Made by a program: the position numbers and the translations under genes
Assembly: GCA_040954595.2 (NCBI GenBank)
Contig: CM082578.2
Coordinates: 12,896,520 to 12,960,519, forward strand
Source of the DNA: Balanoglossus misakiensis
Lineage: Eukaryota > Animalia > Hemichordata
Length of the DNA: 64,000 bases
Direction of reading: 5' to 3'
In this document: positions 15,290 to 31,602 of the stretch, one piece after another
Position numbering within the stretch: the stretch's first letter is position 1
How the letters are laid out: every line of letters starts with the position of its first letter
Notes under the pieces: model-generated
Databases searched by the model: none
The model's input: the letters and a program-made list of their open reading frames with translations, nothing else
Told to the model about the DNA's origin: nothing

Positions 15290-16453
15290 ATCAAAACACA
15301 TAAATTGAAAATATGTCTTGATATAGACACTTTAATACAGAATGTGATGAGTTGACGTCTGCAAGAATGTGAAAATGGTATCATGACCCATTGCTGTGTA
15401 CTGTTTGTATTTAAGGGATAGTGACCATATATATACATGGAATAAATTTCCCTTGTTTATACAGTAAATGAAAACTAACTGACTTGGTGAACGTATTGAT
15501 TTATCAGTTCTCAAGTTAACTGCTACCAGTGAAATTGCCTCTGGTGGATGGATGGCTGGCTGCTGATAACCTCAGTTACTCTGCATTGAAGAATGCATGG
15601 CAACTCCTGCTGGTTGTGTCTTGCTGTAATTTAAAAAGCCCAAGTTTAACTGTGTGCAGAGATTAAATTCAACAGTAATTGCGTCAAGTGTAGCTGGAAT
15701 TCAGTCTAGCCTCTGCTGGTCTTAATATCACGGAATGCACCTCTGGCAAAAAAAAGTGCATACTGTACAGTGATGACACTTACATGTAGTGTGGAACAAT
15801 ATGCCGTGGGTTTCAAAGACAAAAGCCTGTGCACTACAAATCATTTACAGACGGTACATTGACTTCGGATGTCAGCTAGCCTCCATGAAATGGGACACAC
15901 TTGCGTTCAACTTTGGAAAGAAAACAGCTGCCGTAAACATGACTTTTATTAATAAAAGGCACTGTCTGGTTCTGTAATGGATCCGTGACGACAGCCCAGG
16001 AATGAAAAGAGTATGAAATATTAACAAGCTGTTTATGAAAGGCAGCGCTTCAATTGCCATCACACTCACAAAAAAAGCGGTCAAGGCATATTTTGCGTCA
16101 CTCTGTACCTTGTGTGCGTGCACGAGAGGAAGCAACATTAAATATTCATGCACAATTTGTTTCATTTTGAGTGTTTTCATAATATCAGTACGCCCCAGTT
16201 GCTGGTTTCGTTTGGATACTTGGGGAGTCACATTTATAGTTATTTTTCATTGGTGAGTGTTTCAAGATGTTTGACACCCTCTCCCTCGACGCTTGGCCTG
16301 TGGGTGAAGAAAATCAATTTTAAATGTCGTCCTAGCCTTTACCGCTACCTTAATGCTCTTTGTGATTGCTGAGTATTCAAAGCTCTTTATTAGTGTTACC
16401 AGAATCTGTAGTAAAATATAGAGGTCACTGTGCTATTTTATGAAAGCCTTTAG

Positions 16454-16711
<258 letters not shown>

Positions 16712-16793
16712 TAGATTTGCCAAATGCTCATAACCTCTGCATCGCAACCAGTGTTACCATATTCACGCAATTCTTTCTTTTTTTGGTTGGCAG

Positions 16794-16872
16794 CCAAAAA
16801 CTTCATCTCACATTTACTGGAAGTGAATGTCAAAAAGAGGTACACTGTTGAGCAAGCGATCAGTCACCCTTG
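16794..16872 (+). CDS. CAMK1: CaMKI exon
   Basis: ttggcag acceptor and TG|gtaagt donor; AKNFISHLLEVNVKKRYTVEQAISHPW; too short for the ORF track. Confidence 0.94.
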
Positions 16873-17034
16873 GTAAGTCATTATTATAATTATTAGTCCA
16901 TCCATAATGTGATGGTCAGTGTTGACGACCAATGACAGTGTCATATACTTCCTTCAAGCTATGGTGGTGAAAATCTGTTTTTCAAATCAAAGATTGTGTT
17001 AGGGTTTAATATTAAAGGTGAAGATTTTGAGTAA

Positions 17035-17310
<276 letters not shown>

Positions 17311-20300
17311 TAATCTCACTGATTTATGCAGTTGTAACTGTTTCGCAGACCTGGCAGTTGTACACCAATAAAGTTTTCCTAACCACACCCCACGCAGGAA
17401 TAAACCTGGAACATATAGTTAACAAACATGGCATTTTTTTTGAACATCAAACCAAATCCAGTGTGGTCGTACATTGGGAATGTCCACTCATGATACGGTC
17501 GGCTTTGTTGAGTTAACAAGAGATTCCAGCACAATCTCCTGTCCACATGAAACAGCAGTCAGTTCTATTTTGGTTTCAAGTTCAACATCTGTTAATATAA
17601 AATGACGTGTGCAGTGGTTGTAGCGCTGATAACCCCTTTCAACCACATATTCCCACTATCGCAGACTAGTAAAATTACTCTGTGTGTTTTCGCCCTACTA
17701 ACTGGCTTATGATGAATCGCCAGACATGCAGGCACGTCTCCTGAATTGCCTTCAGTGAAATTCATACCATGTGCAATTCTCGCCGTACACTTCTCATAAG
17801 CCGTCAACCCTTTTGCCGTCATGGTCCGGTCCAACTTCACTGTTCTCAGCACGGCACCTGTGCTGGGCCTCTCTAAGGGGACGCGTGCATGGGGGTGGAA
17901 AAGGTTTCAAGTCATGATGGGGATAAATCTTCACAGATGGTGGAAGGTTAGACGACAGCGTCAAATGGAGCACTGCACTGAATGTTGTCAGTCATGTGGG
18001 TGAGCTAGCAGGACGCATTGGGACATCCAATGTCAAGCTGGATGGAGTGGGGGGAAAAATTTATGTCTTAGCAACTTGATGTGTGGTTTGAGCATGATAA
18101 AGAGTGCTATCCGGGTGAGTTTGGTTTTGAAAGTGTTATTTATAATGCCCACACACTCTCATTCAAGATTACTCACATCCGTCAAACAGAGAGGACCGGT
18201 CCAGGAAGGAGAAAAAAAAATCACAGCAATAAAACAGAAAATGAATCATTTTAAAAGAGTGGTAGCCGGCTGATCTCAAGCACATGTTAGTCTAAGTGAT
18301 TGTGTCAGTCTGACAGTGTGCAGGGGCTACAAAGTACAAGAGAGAGGTGAATGGCCACCCATTAAAAAATGATGTCTTAAAGATTTCTCAGTATCATGTT
18401 TAAAAAAACAGTGTCACACCATATCACCCCTCCCCTCTAGAACACTGAACTCATTTCCTGCATAATGTACAAAGTACATACGATGCCTCGCCTGCCAAGA
18501 AAGTTGAATGACCCTTATAAATAGGGCGACTTATAATTATCACTCTGCAGTATGCCAGCAGTCTGTCGCCTAGAAAGTCACAAAACACTGACTGTGGATA
18601 CTTTATTTCATTTTTGAGGTCCACCAATACAATGAAAACGTCTTTTACATCATGCCAATAAAATTTCATTTTCATACTGGAGTTTTGATGAAACTTTTAA
18701 TTGCCAAATTTTAGGATCTTCTCCCAAGTCATATGACTGTATGTAAATGACGTCAATGCTTGTACACCTGTCACATTGCCAGAGACATCGGATGCAGTCT
18801 CCATTCTTGGGATGATATTTCGAATAATTCCCACCAATCAGATATGCCTGGTTTGCCATAACCGTGATATGTATGTTCTGAAATTGATCCCTGTGAGATA
18901 TGAACTGGAGTCTCGTGCATTCAACTTGCAAGGCTACTGTCAGCTTGAGCTTTTAATGTGCCAACTTAGGGCCATGTGATGTGAGAAACTTGGCCAAATG
19001 GGGGTTTCGTAATCGCTCTCATTATGGCCCTGTTTAACCCCATCCGTGGCTGCAGGTGGCTTCCCTAGCGCTATAATCGTGGAATCGTGACACCGACTGA
19101 TCTTCTCCGTCGTGGGTCTTTTTAAAAAACGCACATTAATGACTGCGCCATCTCGACGAATAGTTGACCTTTCTCTGGCTTTATTGAAACCCTTGATGTA
19201 AAGTAGTTCCCCAGTCAGAGCAAACACCGAGGGCTCTGCCTTGAGCACATACGGAGGGACGAATGTAATTTAATGTGTTATCAATGTAGATGATCATAGC
19301 ATCCTTAAAGTGACTTTTGAGTTTTTCAAACAAATGTTGCAGACCATCAATATTTGATGAGGAAATGAAGGAAAAAAAATGCACCTCATCGTTATTAAAG
19401 CTCTGAAAGATGTCTCGCGGATAAATTCCATAGATGTCATTTTTGTGTTGTGAATCATACAGACAAGCTCAGGTTTCATAACTTTGTTTACAGTGCAGAC
19501 AGCCTCGCCATGCTCTCGCTGTCTCATATTTTCCGCAGACCTGCAGGCTTCCATGACCTATGACCTGTTAGCTCATCGCCTTGACCTAGTTCAATCAATG
19601 CTGAAGATGAGTAACCTTTATGTTGCAGTCATCCCAGGTTTCTGACTTACAGACCTCCCTCAGTTGATTCTGACTGTAAATTAATTGGAAATTTCAGACT
19701 TCAATAATGTTTTTAAAAAGCCAATTGAAATACTTATAATATTGAACCCTGTGTCAGATATGAAAACTTGACACATTGAAAATAAATAATAACTTGTCAT
19801 TTATCAGATGTTAAAAAATGTGTTTTGAGTTATTCTCATAAAAGACATCAATTAGTAGTCTGATTGGCTGAATTTGACTGTCTGCCTGGAGGACACACCC
19901 GTGTGTATCGTGGTTGAAAGGGCATTAACCCCATCACGTATGATTTCATGCAAATAAATGCAAACAAACACTGTTATTAAATCGTGCAGTTGTTGCATCG
20001 ATATCAAATATTATCTTTTAGATTGTTTACCCAGGCATACACCCATGGCCATGTTGTTTTGATTCCAGCCCCAGGAATATGTTGTGTTTGACAGATTCAA
20101 TTAATAAAATTCTGCCAATCAAACCCGAAACATTCTTTATTTTGTGAAAAACGCACAGAGTCGTGAATTGTGCAAACACGAAAGAGAAACTGAAGACAGG
20201 GCAGTATTTGAACAGAGCAGTGGAGCGCAGAACCTTTCAGGTACAATTAGCGTGATTGTCATGTAGGAGTATCTCTGCAGCTCGGCAGTGTGCCCCCAGG

Positions 20301-23300
20301 GTCAGAATATAGAGAAGTACCGCTCTTTGGCTGTGGATGTTGTAGCTCTCTTTCTCCCTCTCTTGTGAAGTGATTACTAATGATCTCTTGGCCACAATTT
20401 GCGAAGTGGAACAAGGTCACACTTGATCGAAAGACTAACAGCGATACAAGAAGACTATAAGAAAATAAGCAATGAACATGGCTTCCATCGCTGTCTTTGT
20501 GTGTAGGATAGAGTCGTACATTAAACATATGTAGTAATTATCATGCATCATATTTTGTTTGTTTAAATCTGGGTGACACGTCAGTGGGTAAATGTTTGGC
20601 CTCCCATCTTTTCATATTATTCTCTAAAAGTAATTGAATGCCTTGTACTGTTGTAGAGAATTTGATTGGTGTTGTGTGTAACAACAGTGTCAGCAGTGAT
20701 AAATTGAGAGCTGCCTGCACCTTGTTGATGGTCGGTACATGTGGCTTACATGCATGTCATCGCTACAACTGCCAGCATGTATATTGACTGAGTATACACA
20801 GTTTTTCATTGAGATTGAGTCACAGTGGTATTGTAACATGATGGATTGTGTATGTACCGAACTCAGTTCAAGAATTCTTCATCTCCCCCAAGTTAAGTTG
20901 TGATGTGGTGACTTGAAAGAAAACATACTTCAGAGTGCATAGAGCTGATCAAAGAATGTACAGTCATCATGTAAAAGCACAGCACATTGCAATAAATTAA
21001 TTGACAATAAAATTGATGACCCCAATGTGTCTGTTATGCCGTTCATAATCACTTGACGTAACAACTTTACCATAGATTGCATCTGGGCGTACGATCCTGG
21101 CATCTGTTTTACAGTATTCGTGGGAATGTAGAAATCTCCTCGGTGATAAATTTTGGGCTCGAAGCAGCTAAGCACTTTGAAGAACTGCTAGCTGAAAGCA
21201 AATTGCTCCCCAAGGTCAATTTAGGAGAAAAAATTACAGAAAACTAAATGATTGCCTATACCGACAGCCGAAAGCAGCAAAGTACATTGTGTATACCTAG
21301 GATACAGATTCCTATCAGAATCAGAAATAAAATCAGCAACAAACATTTTCATATTCCCATATATATTTATTTTGGTAAAATTCCAATTTCTGTTCTCATT
21401 CGATGGCTCTGAGGAAGAATAAGTGGCACTTGTGAACTGCCTTATTTTTTACTTACTAAACAGCGCCCTCTGTGGTCTGATTGGGTATGCTGTATACAGG
21501 TGATTTTCAAAACCAAATTTCAGATTTTCTTATTACGCTTTTGTTGTTGTTTTTGTGATATGTGTTGAAGAAGGCAATTTAGGGAGAAGAAGTTACATCA
21601 TCATCATAAAAGTTTACTGACAAACTGGTTTAGGATTTCAATAATTGATCGAAAACTACATTTCCTGAAAGGGTCTGTTTTGTACGCCATATCCTTAAAT
21701 TTAATTACAAGACTTGATGGACAGGAAGGATAGCTCCGGTAATTAAGTTATATATTCAACACCATTACTTGAATAGTCACATGATTGTATGTATGGGTAT
21801 TTGTTGATGTTGTGCGGGCGCGGGATATAAGAGTATAAGGAAAAATAATCACTACAATCTTTTAAATTTGAAAGCCTTCCATCTTAATTGACAGCTGCAA
21901 CATACCAATATGAATCAAAATTCATCAGACTTGCAAAACATTTCACTCAGGTGTGTTCAATTAATGTGTCAGTTTTATTGAATTTCCTGCAGGTGTATCG
22001 GACCTCCCCCGCACTTTAGTTGATGAGATCATTGCAGTGGCCTTGCTTTAGTCAAAGAGATAAAGATGAATTTGATGAACAGGTTCCAAAACAAGATGAT
22101 TATAGTCTGGTTCCCTAACCCTTTTTGCACTGCTGGTTGTGCTGTGCTAATAAATAGGGTCCATTATGTGGAAGCCATTTTGTCTAGAATTTGGGCAAAA
22201 GAACAAGTGACTGTCTGCAGTAAAAAGACTTGTATGTATGGTATACACATGCATATTGTGCAACTTCTGGAAGCATAATTTTGAATGGATTTAAAATGGT
22301 CGTTTAGCCATGTACCGGTATCTTATATATGTATCTGTGACTTTTTAGGTCACATGATTCATGTAGGGGTCAGTGAACGTTGAGAACCTTACGTCAGGAC
22401 CCGTGTGTATTTGTGTGTGATGTGGTTTCTATTTATTGCTGCAGCTTGGTTCCTTTGAGACAAGTGGTGTCTTCATCTCCAACCATTTAATGTGTTCTCC
22501 TATTTGTTAATGTCTGTTCCTGCGGGGGTGGCAATACCCGGTTGTACATTATATACCCACATGGCGACTTCTATAGTGCAGAACAGAACAGTGTGAAGTG
22601 AAATCGTTTTCTCAGAGAGATCAGAATGACATATGCCCTTTGAGAAGATCAGCCCTGTGTTTGAAAGAGCTGTTAGCTTGGATCAGAGAAGGATGAAAAA
22701 TATTGTTGTACGTGTGTTATTCAGCAGCAATTCTTGTACATTGTTCATATTGCATATTGAGTCGGTTGATGTTTGTGAAGTGTTTGTATCACACATTTGA
22801 GAAAAAAAAATCATGCATCTATCAATTCAACAAGAAGCATGGCTACACTGCCATTACACTTTGCCTGATTGGATTAAAGGAAATCAATCCAAGGAGTGGG
22901 TGTTGTTTTCCCTGTCCCGCTCCCTCAAAATGATCTAAAGCAGATAATCCAGCGGAGAAAATGAAAAGATTTATACCCCTAATGATATTAGCTCGGAATG
23001 TATAATCATCTGCAGCCTATACTAAAAGCAGTTGGGACGTATAATCATGCGGCATGGGCTGGTGTCAAAGATTTATTTCCATGTATAAAACCAGTTTGTA
23101 TAACACAAATTTTATGGAAACTATACCAGCTGAGTGTGATTTTCGTTCCTGACTTCGAATCACAGCATGTTGATTTGTTTTGCGATATGAACCAATATGG
23201 CTGCTGAGCAGCCATTTTGTTTTGAGTACATTATATATGGACATGCCTGCTTTTTCCTATTCAAAATGACTTCTTTTTTCATGCACCACACACTGACATA

Positions 23301-26300
23301 CATGTACATGTATGAGTTTAGACCTGGACAGCTTTTGCCGTTTTTCCCATGCAGATTATGTCTGGGTGCTCATCTTCCCCAACAATGCCCAACCCGCACG
23401 TTTCATTCTTTGGGCGGATAAACTGAAACATGTTTACCTCCACGATGAGCCATCAGTGCACAGTTGGTAGCATTCACACAGAAGAGAAGGGCTTTTTCTC
23501 CCGCAGGGTTTCAATCACAAGAACCTGCATCCATCAATTTTCAGAACTCATCGATAGCATAATCCACATTCTAAAGGATGCCATTGAATTATTTTTTTTT
23601 TACTTGGGATTTTTTTTTACACACTATTGTGTTACCTGTGGTATTTTGCTTGTCGGAGATCGCTTACATTTTTCCCCCGAAGTGAAAACAGGCTTTGAGG
23701 CAGAGTGAATTAAATTTGCTTATTCAAAAATGATACAGAGTGTGAATTCAAACCAAGCACAGATAATGCAATTGCAGGTGTGCTGTTATTCATGTCTCTC
23801 CTCGGATTTCTTTTCTTCCGTTTGAAATTAGATTAGTTTCATCAATGGCGAGATTGGATTGCGGTAGCTCTGTTTCTCTTAAAATTATTTTTTTCTCCCA
23901 TGAAAGAGAAAATTAAAATTCTTCTTTTAACGTCACCGTCCAGAGAAGCAATCGTTGATATACCTGGGCTTTTGATTGCTCTGTTTGAATGTCACTGCAT
24001 CTCCAACTGTAGCAGAGATAGAAATTGTATTAACAGACAGTGTTGGGAGAATCCTCGCTGAGGGGAAAAAATCCATCAGGTTCTGATATGAGTGTATTCA
24101 CTGGTGGAATTTGGCAACAGTGCCAAGTCTTAGTGACTGCCATGCAGACACAATATGTTCACCAGATATCGAGGGGCTGCTCCAGCGATCCATGGCTTGC
24201 GCACCGAGTTTTGAAAATCAAGAAGATGTTATCACCCAAAGAGCAAGTCAGATGGGGATAATTACAGATTGGATAGTCTTACAGCTGGGGATGATAATGT
24301 CCTTTGCCTGCGATGTCACCACGTTGTACAAGACTACTTGACATGTGTTTTGGGTTTACTCAGGAGAGCTCCAGACCAGACTGAAAGATTCTTCAATAGT
24401 TCTGGTGCTTTGTCTTACAGACCAGAGGTCCAAGCCTTGTGCTGCAATCAATAACTCTTGTTTCAGTCTGTGTTGCCTCCGAACATGCATAGCATAAGAT
24501 ATGGTGGTGATACTGTGTTCTATGTTCACACTTTCTAAAAAGTACTCCAGCAGTAATCGATCCACGGGAGATTTCTCTTCTTCTTCAGATTTACCATGTA
24601 CTCAATGTAGCATGGATATATCAGAACAGATATCTCGGTGATATCAAAGCAAAAATGAAATACGTACTGGTATTTGTATAAGCAGCTGGTGGACGGCAGA
24701 TGTGAAAGAAATAAACGTCATCCATCATTTGCTGAACACCAGTGTTTTCATTTACATTGTGTCACATTGTATCTGCGGTGTCAGAAAATTTAATTATAAA
24801 AGAGGTATAGAAATTAAAGCATCGTTAGCCAGCCCCTGTTTTTGCCATTTCATTGGAAAAAATCAACAGTCTTAAATATGTGTTAGACTGTCAATCGATT
24901 GCCTTTTGTGATAGAACGTCAATCACATTGACAAGCCAACAGGTGGATCGCTCATATCTCAGTATTGGCAAAGTGTTAATTGTTTATTACTGTGTAAATA
25001 GTCCTTCTAATTGATGTGGCATATTTGCTGAAGTGTTTGCGCAGTCCAACACAGAAGAGTTTCCCTAGTGATTACTTCAAATGGATTCTCCACAGCTCAC
25101 CATGGTTCCATCATGAAGTCATCCAAAGCATGCTGGGAAGTACATTGGCATTCACCAGTAGCGCGGGCCACCCCAGAATCCGATAGAGTGGCCGGTGACG
25201 CACACGAGAGCTCAGTTTCTTCGCAGTTTCTTGTTTCATTAATTAATGTACACTCTACGCGGAGAAATCGATCACCTGTCTTGGCAAGTCGACTGGCAGT
25301 GGCTCGTTCACCATGACCTTTGGCTTTGCAGGTAGCAGGCAGCGTAAAGCTGGTGGCTAGAAATCCAAATGTCACAATCATATATCAGAAGCTATCCGAT
25401 CATTATCCTGCTGGATTTGGGTGTGCCTGTCACTGAAATTTGCATAATTGGGGTTTACCTTTAAAAGTTCACTAACTTGGGAACTTGAAACCCTGCGTTT
25501 ATTCCCTTGGCTTATGCCTTTCACTTCATTCGATGAAAGGTTTAGCATACGCTGCTTGCTGGTGGCTGAAAACATTTCAGGCGTGCGTTTCTGCATTTGG
25601 AATGCCCTTTACCATCACATTGTTCACCATGCTTCAACAGAGTTTGACTGAAATTGCTTTGAATCTTACAAGAATCTTATGAACTCTTAAGACATTCTTT
25701 TCTCTGGCAGGGTGGCAACTTTGGGTATCATACACTGCCTAATATTAGTCATAAATGCCTTGCAACACACAGACAAGCAAATGTTATCTTTAGCCTCGTA
25801 TTAATCACCTGTGGGCCAATTCATCTAATTGATACTGAAAAAAAGATAAATGATTTTTGAACAGGATCTGCAACTAAAAGCGTATATATCTCATTGCATC
25901 ATGTGTGGGCAACGTTTTCAAATCCACTAAATTAAATGAAAATATATGAAAGAGATTATCATATCACTGAAACCAGAATATGGATTTTAATTTACACTCT
26001 TCTCATATTTGAAAGACCATCAGGCTCCAGAGAAGCAAAAAATAAAATTTTAATCAGATCACAATCTTTATTTCATGTGCACTGTGCTGTTCATAGATAT
26101 TCCTAATTTGAGCAAAACTGGATTATTAAAAAAAGGGCTTTTTAGAAATCCTGCAATGTTGAGTGGGATTAAGGGGAGAGATGTCCTCGGTTGGATCATA
26201 TGACCTGTCCACTTGCATTGCGAAACTTGCCTTAAAGCCTGACATTCCTTCAGAAGAGCAGCATTCCTGGGAATTTACAGTGAAACTTCATACTGTTTTA

Positions 26301-29300
26301 TATCTTAGCTTTTGTACACTTTGTTGAGCTGGTCCCACTGGGTATGGTTTTTGAACAGAAAGGCTGCTTCGGATTTTATGTAATTTACTAAATTGTCGAA
26401 AATGGCAGAGATGTTGATGTATTCAATACAAAGGGAAACAGTCATGTGAAAAAGCTTGGGGGTGCAATGTGTGTATTCTCACGAGCATAGGTTACTTCAA
26501 TGCTGAAGCCCCCCCAGGGCAGTCCATTAATTTTCATGAACAAAAATATTAAAAGGCATTTAAAGTAGCGAACTAGGAAAAGTCTGGAGACTGGAAGCTA
26601 GCGACGGAACTTGTCTTGGGGGATAAGCAGGTCGTTGGTATGGAGGCTTTCTCCTCCTCCTCGGATTACCAACCAACCGCTGTGGTCACATGAACAGACA
26701 CATGATGCAGTGACGCAGGTTGTGGCGCTGTGCGGAATACCAGTAGCAGCTGACACAAGTGTGGGTTATATCACAACTAATTACCCGTGGGTCTTGGATA
26801 AACACTGAAATTAGGCAGCTTGTCAGCAGGGGTGTCCACCGCGAGTGTTGGGTTACAACAATGTATATATTACATGGGGTGAGGGGAAGAGGGTGGGGGG
26901 GGGAGGGGCGTTTCGTGATTGCCAGCTAAAATTAGAGCGCTGCCTTGAGATAATAATGTGCATGCTTTCAAATTTGCGACAGCTACTGCTGAAGGAACGC
27001 GGAAACGATGTCAGGGTGGTGAAGTTAACGAGATCTAGCTGCAAGATATAAATTCTGTGAAGCATGTTGCGGCTGATGAAGCCATATTAGCAAGATAAGC
27101 CGACAAACTTTTTCCGTAATAAAATCAGCGTAATTTCGGTGTGTAATGATTCGTGTGTGTAAGTTTGTTGTTGCCAGGGGATACCCTTAAAGATTCCAAT
27201 GGCTTTGTTTCCCAATGCAATTACACGCTGAATTCAATTACGAGATACGGTTATTCAAAATGTAGAGTCATGTATTGCCGACCGTTCTGAGTATATGACG
27301 TATTGGACTATCTGTGGGTCAGTGCAGTACTTCGTTTACGTAGTCCAAGTCCATAGATGGCTGTATTTTGTGTACAACCCTTTCATTTATATACTCACCA
27401 TCATTGCTGTTAAATTCATTTTACATCGAATTTGTGGCAAATTACAGCCTGCCACCTTGAAATCAAAGTGGACGATATGATTGGATAAAATTGTTACAGA
27501 CAGCCATATTGGGATGATCAGCCTACTGTGCAAACATGAAAATGCATTGTAGGATAGACAGCCTTAGGTTATGGCAGCAGGTGTATAAAGCTTGGATGAA
27601 ATTGCTGTTTAAGATTAAGATATTTTTTAATATCAGTTACAAAGCTAAGAATAATAGCTGAAATAGTATAGGATCAAAAACTAATCAAAGTATAATTAGT
27701 CTCTGATAAATTAATGTAGTTGGTTGGCCCATTCATAATAATTTACTAAACCTATCAATAAATGAATTCATTCAACTCCAGGCGTTTCCATGGAAGAGAT
27801 ATTTCCGTATATTGACACTGTAACTGGGGGAAAAATGCTCATCTCTCTGATGGATCAGTATGGTCCACCATGATGTCGAAATAATGGAAATATGGAATTT
27901 TATTGTGCATCTTTTTTGGTGTTCAACTCACACACTGATTTTGTTTTTACGCCAGTCATGATGATGTCAGAATTTCCACATTTATTTTCCCATTCTTCCC
28001 AGGAAAACATTCAGGGAAAAAACATGTTTGTTTTCCGTGCGACCTGTGACTGTCCTCCCGTCTGATGAGAGTTGATCGCCTAGCAACCACTTGAGCACAT
28101 AGTTTGATATTCAGGCAGAACATCATGTATTACCGGTCATCTTGTATGGAAATAGTTTTTAAAAGGCAATCAGTGTGACAATTTAAATAACTCTGAGAGC
28201 TGATCGCAATGTAGAGTTTGGTAACCAAGCTGCATGGAGGAGAGTCGATCACCAGGCTGGGATGAACAGGGTTTTAGTGCAAACAATTGTGAATGCTGGA
28301 CTGGTGTGATAGAACTGAACTGTTGTTGCTGAGATTGACTGTCAACTCTGAGAGATGGGAATGATCTCTTTGGAAATTGACTAGATTAGGACCAACTGTG
28401 TTACATTGATCCTATCTGTTGTTGTAATTATGGTCATTTAATGTGAAAATGACAAATAGCAATATCTGATAAAAACAATATACTGCTTCAAATTTGATTC
28501 AGTATTAAATAACTGTATGTCTAGGATGTGATGTGGTAAAGGGTCCTTCTTCAGAAATTCCAGTTTAACATTGAATGTTCATTTATTTTTTGTAGAGCAT
28601 TGCCTGGCCAGCCTTAGTAGATCTTCCATGAGGCAAGTTTATGCAACCAATCAACAGGTGTAGCATCATCAATATGCAAAACACCTCCTGCCCTGGGGTT
28701 GTTATGATTCAATTTGGTTGAGCCAAAACGTTAATTTGACGTTGTTCAAGTCTGGAAAGCTTTTCAAAATTGATCACTACAGTCGAGGTAATTTTCACTC
28801 GGGGGCCCTAGAGGTACTGTTTGGTGTACTCGAGGAATAGCTTGTACAATCAGCTCTGTACAACAGCTAAAGAGAAAAAAATCGTCATGTTTCCTGGAAA
28901 AGAAAGTTTTGCGCCTTTCTGCGAAAAGGGACGCAACGATAACAAACGTGCATTAGTACTCTACATTCTTTTGACATATTGCAACAAATTATAGAGCCCC
29001 AATATCAGGCACACTCAAACGTTTTTAATTAAAGCGGCAGTTTGCCCATGCAGCCTGTTCCTATATGTAATACTGCCCTAGATTAGACATGCCCACCTTG
29101 GACATTGCAGGCAACATCCAGGTCATGTATTTGTGACCTACATGCATATAGGCAGTGTCAACTTCCATGTATGGACCATATGCACACACTGAAATGGTGC
29201 GCTTCCAACTGTTCAAATATTACATTGGGTTTTATATCCGTAAATGCATGTACATTGTGAAGTGTTTTATACATCTATGGTTGGACTTTTCCAGGGGAAG

Positions 29301-31602
29301 TTCTGTTGGAGGGAATATCATTCCAGATGCCAAACTTGGAAGAATTCCAGTTATGCACAGGACGGCAAAATCCGTGGCATATAGGAGAAAGATGCACAGA
29401 TCCAGGATCAATGTCATGTTTGTTTATCAATGGATTATACACATTTTTGTGGAGATGTACCGGGTAGACTTGGGGATTGATTGGCTCAGTCTGTAAATGT
29501 TCTGGATCATAACAGGTTTCGTGTGATTTATAATGTTACTGTACCCCTTTTAACTTAACAATCTCTCGTTATTATTTGACATTTGCACTTAAAAAGGGGG
29601 AAGTATGGAAGATGTACATCATGCCATTCATTCATTCGCGCGCAGAAAGGGGAACATCCATTGCTGATAAAACCTCTTGGGGTAATTCAAAACATGGATA
29701 TAACAGTCACCAGACCAGATTGCATTAACAGGAACATATTGCAGTAATTAATCGAAACATCCATTAGAGAAAGGATTTCAGGATAAATTGCATTTGGCAA
29801 ATATCAGTCAAAAATGGAAGATTTGGAAAAAATGAGCCCCACACGAAGGAGAATATAAACGCAAGCGATATGTGGCGATCCCTTTCATGTTGAGTTAAGG
29901 TCTCAGTTGAGTGAAGCAATTATGAGTTCATTTAAACGGGAAGCTTGCTCATTAAGATACCAGACACTTGATAACGGGGGCTTCAGCTTCTTGTGTTTCT
30001 CGCAGGTTGCTAGGAGGAGGCATGAATTGAGCCAGTAAATTCTCCATAACAATTACCAGCCTGGGAGAGTTCCGTCATTTCCCTCCAAGTGTGGGTTTTT
30101 TTCTCCATGATGAATTTTGCATAGAATCATGACGTGTTGACGTGATGGCCAAGATTGTGCCACCACGTCCGTGGTTTTGGACGTGTTATCGTGATGATGA
30201 TGTACATGTGAAAGAGAAGGGGGTCATCAATTTGTGGTGATTCCCTGTGTATGTGATACTGACAGAGAATCTTCTGCCAGGCATCTGTCGTTGCTCGTCC
30301 CAGTTTCCCCCGACGACCTCTGACCAGCGCAGTACTTTTTTACACACTGAGTGTTACCAGCTTTGTGGGACGCACTAAATGTTTATTCATTTGTCGGATG
30401 GCTGGCTGATTGTTGCTATGCCATATATAGGAATAGCGACATACTTCCTTATCCAGGCCAAGCTGTAATAATTGTGCCTTGTGCGCGTGTCTTAATTGCA
30501 TAAAAATGGCACGCGATTGAAAGTATTACTTCAAGCTGATCACCACCAAGTCAAGCATCATCAGGATGACAGCTAAACTCAATTACATCAAGTAATTACA
30601 ACACACAAGTTTACTATAATCACATCAATGCCAAAGATACTAAATTGGATTAGAAATTTGCTGTTTCGCAGACAATAATTGGATTTGTCTCATTATGTGT
30701 GGAGTATCATTGACACGAGGTATTTCAGAAAATAGGTCAGGTTAAAATTCCTTCTCATTAAATTTCCCAATTAACTGCTCATTCTCTATTGGGTGCTCTC
30801 TGCAACGGTATTAGTGTACTGCCCTCAAAGCCTACATAAACTGTACCGGTAGAACGTTGCAAGAATATCAAAAGGCTTACACACACAAAGGCATTTTTGC
30901 TATTATTAACATTTATTCAGAATTTCCAAAATTTGCGTTTGTGGCAAGTTTTCTGCCCACGGACCAACTGCGTGACACATTTGTTGTTTAAGTTTGTTTG
31001 TTTGTTTTTTTTGCTGGAAGAATTTAAGCTTTGACACTCAGAGCTATGAGTGATGACTGTCTTCCCCATCCATTAAGATCTCACCTCCTGAAGTGATATC
31101 TCCTCCATCAATATTTCACCTCCCGAGGTGAAACTAGGTCAGTGTCTATGGGCATAAGGTCAGAGTCATTGACATCTAAACATCCTGGGCAAGTGTGTGC
31201 CTCATCAGTCAACTGAAAACGACCGGTACTCACAACAGTGAAAAACGTGTGGGATATTATAAACACAAATATAAATAGAGAGAAACCATTACATGCATTG
31301 AGTATAATTCTGACAACTTGACCTTGGGAGTGAAGGACATTTGTCATCTCCAGTAATTTACTCTTAGCAGATGCCATCTCCGTTTATGGTTTGGCCTGAT
31401 TTCACAGACGACCCCCTATCAGAAAGACCATAAATTCTGAATGCTTTGGCCAAGCACATGGTATTCACAAGACTGTAAATGGGTTGCAAATTAAGGTAGC
31501 CCGGACTTGTGCAACTGGAGTTTCAAGTTTACCCTGGCTTCTTTATGTTGTATGCATGTTTCTCCCGATGTACAATTTCTCGTTTTAATCAGAAAAAAGG
31601 AA

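Noticed and set aside
24040-25682. Cluster of 60-95 aa ORFs on both strands in the large CaMKI intron (possible nested gene)
   Set aside because: No domain similarity and no frame-consistent exon chain could be built
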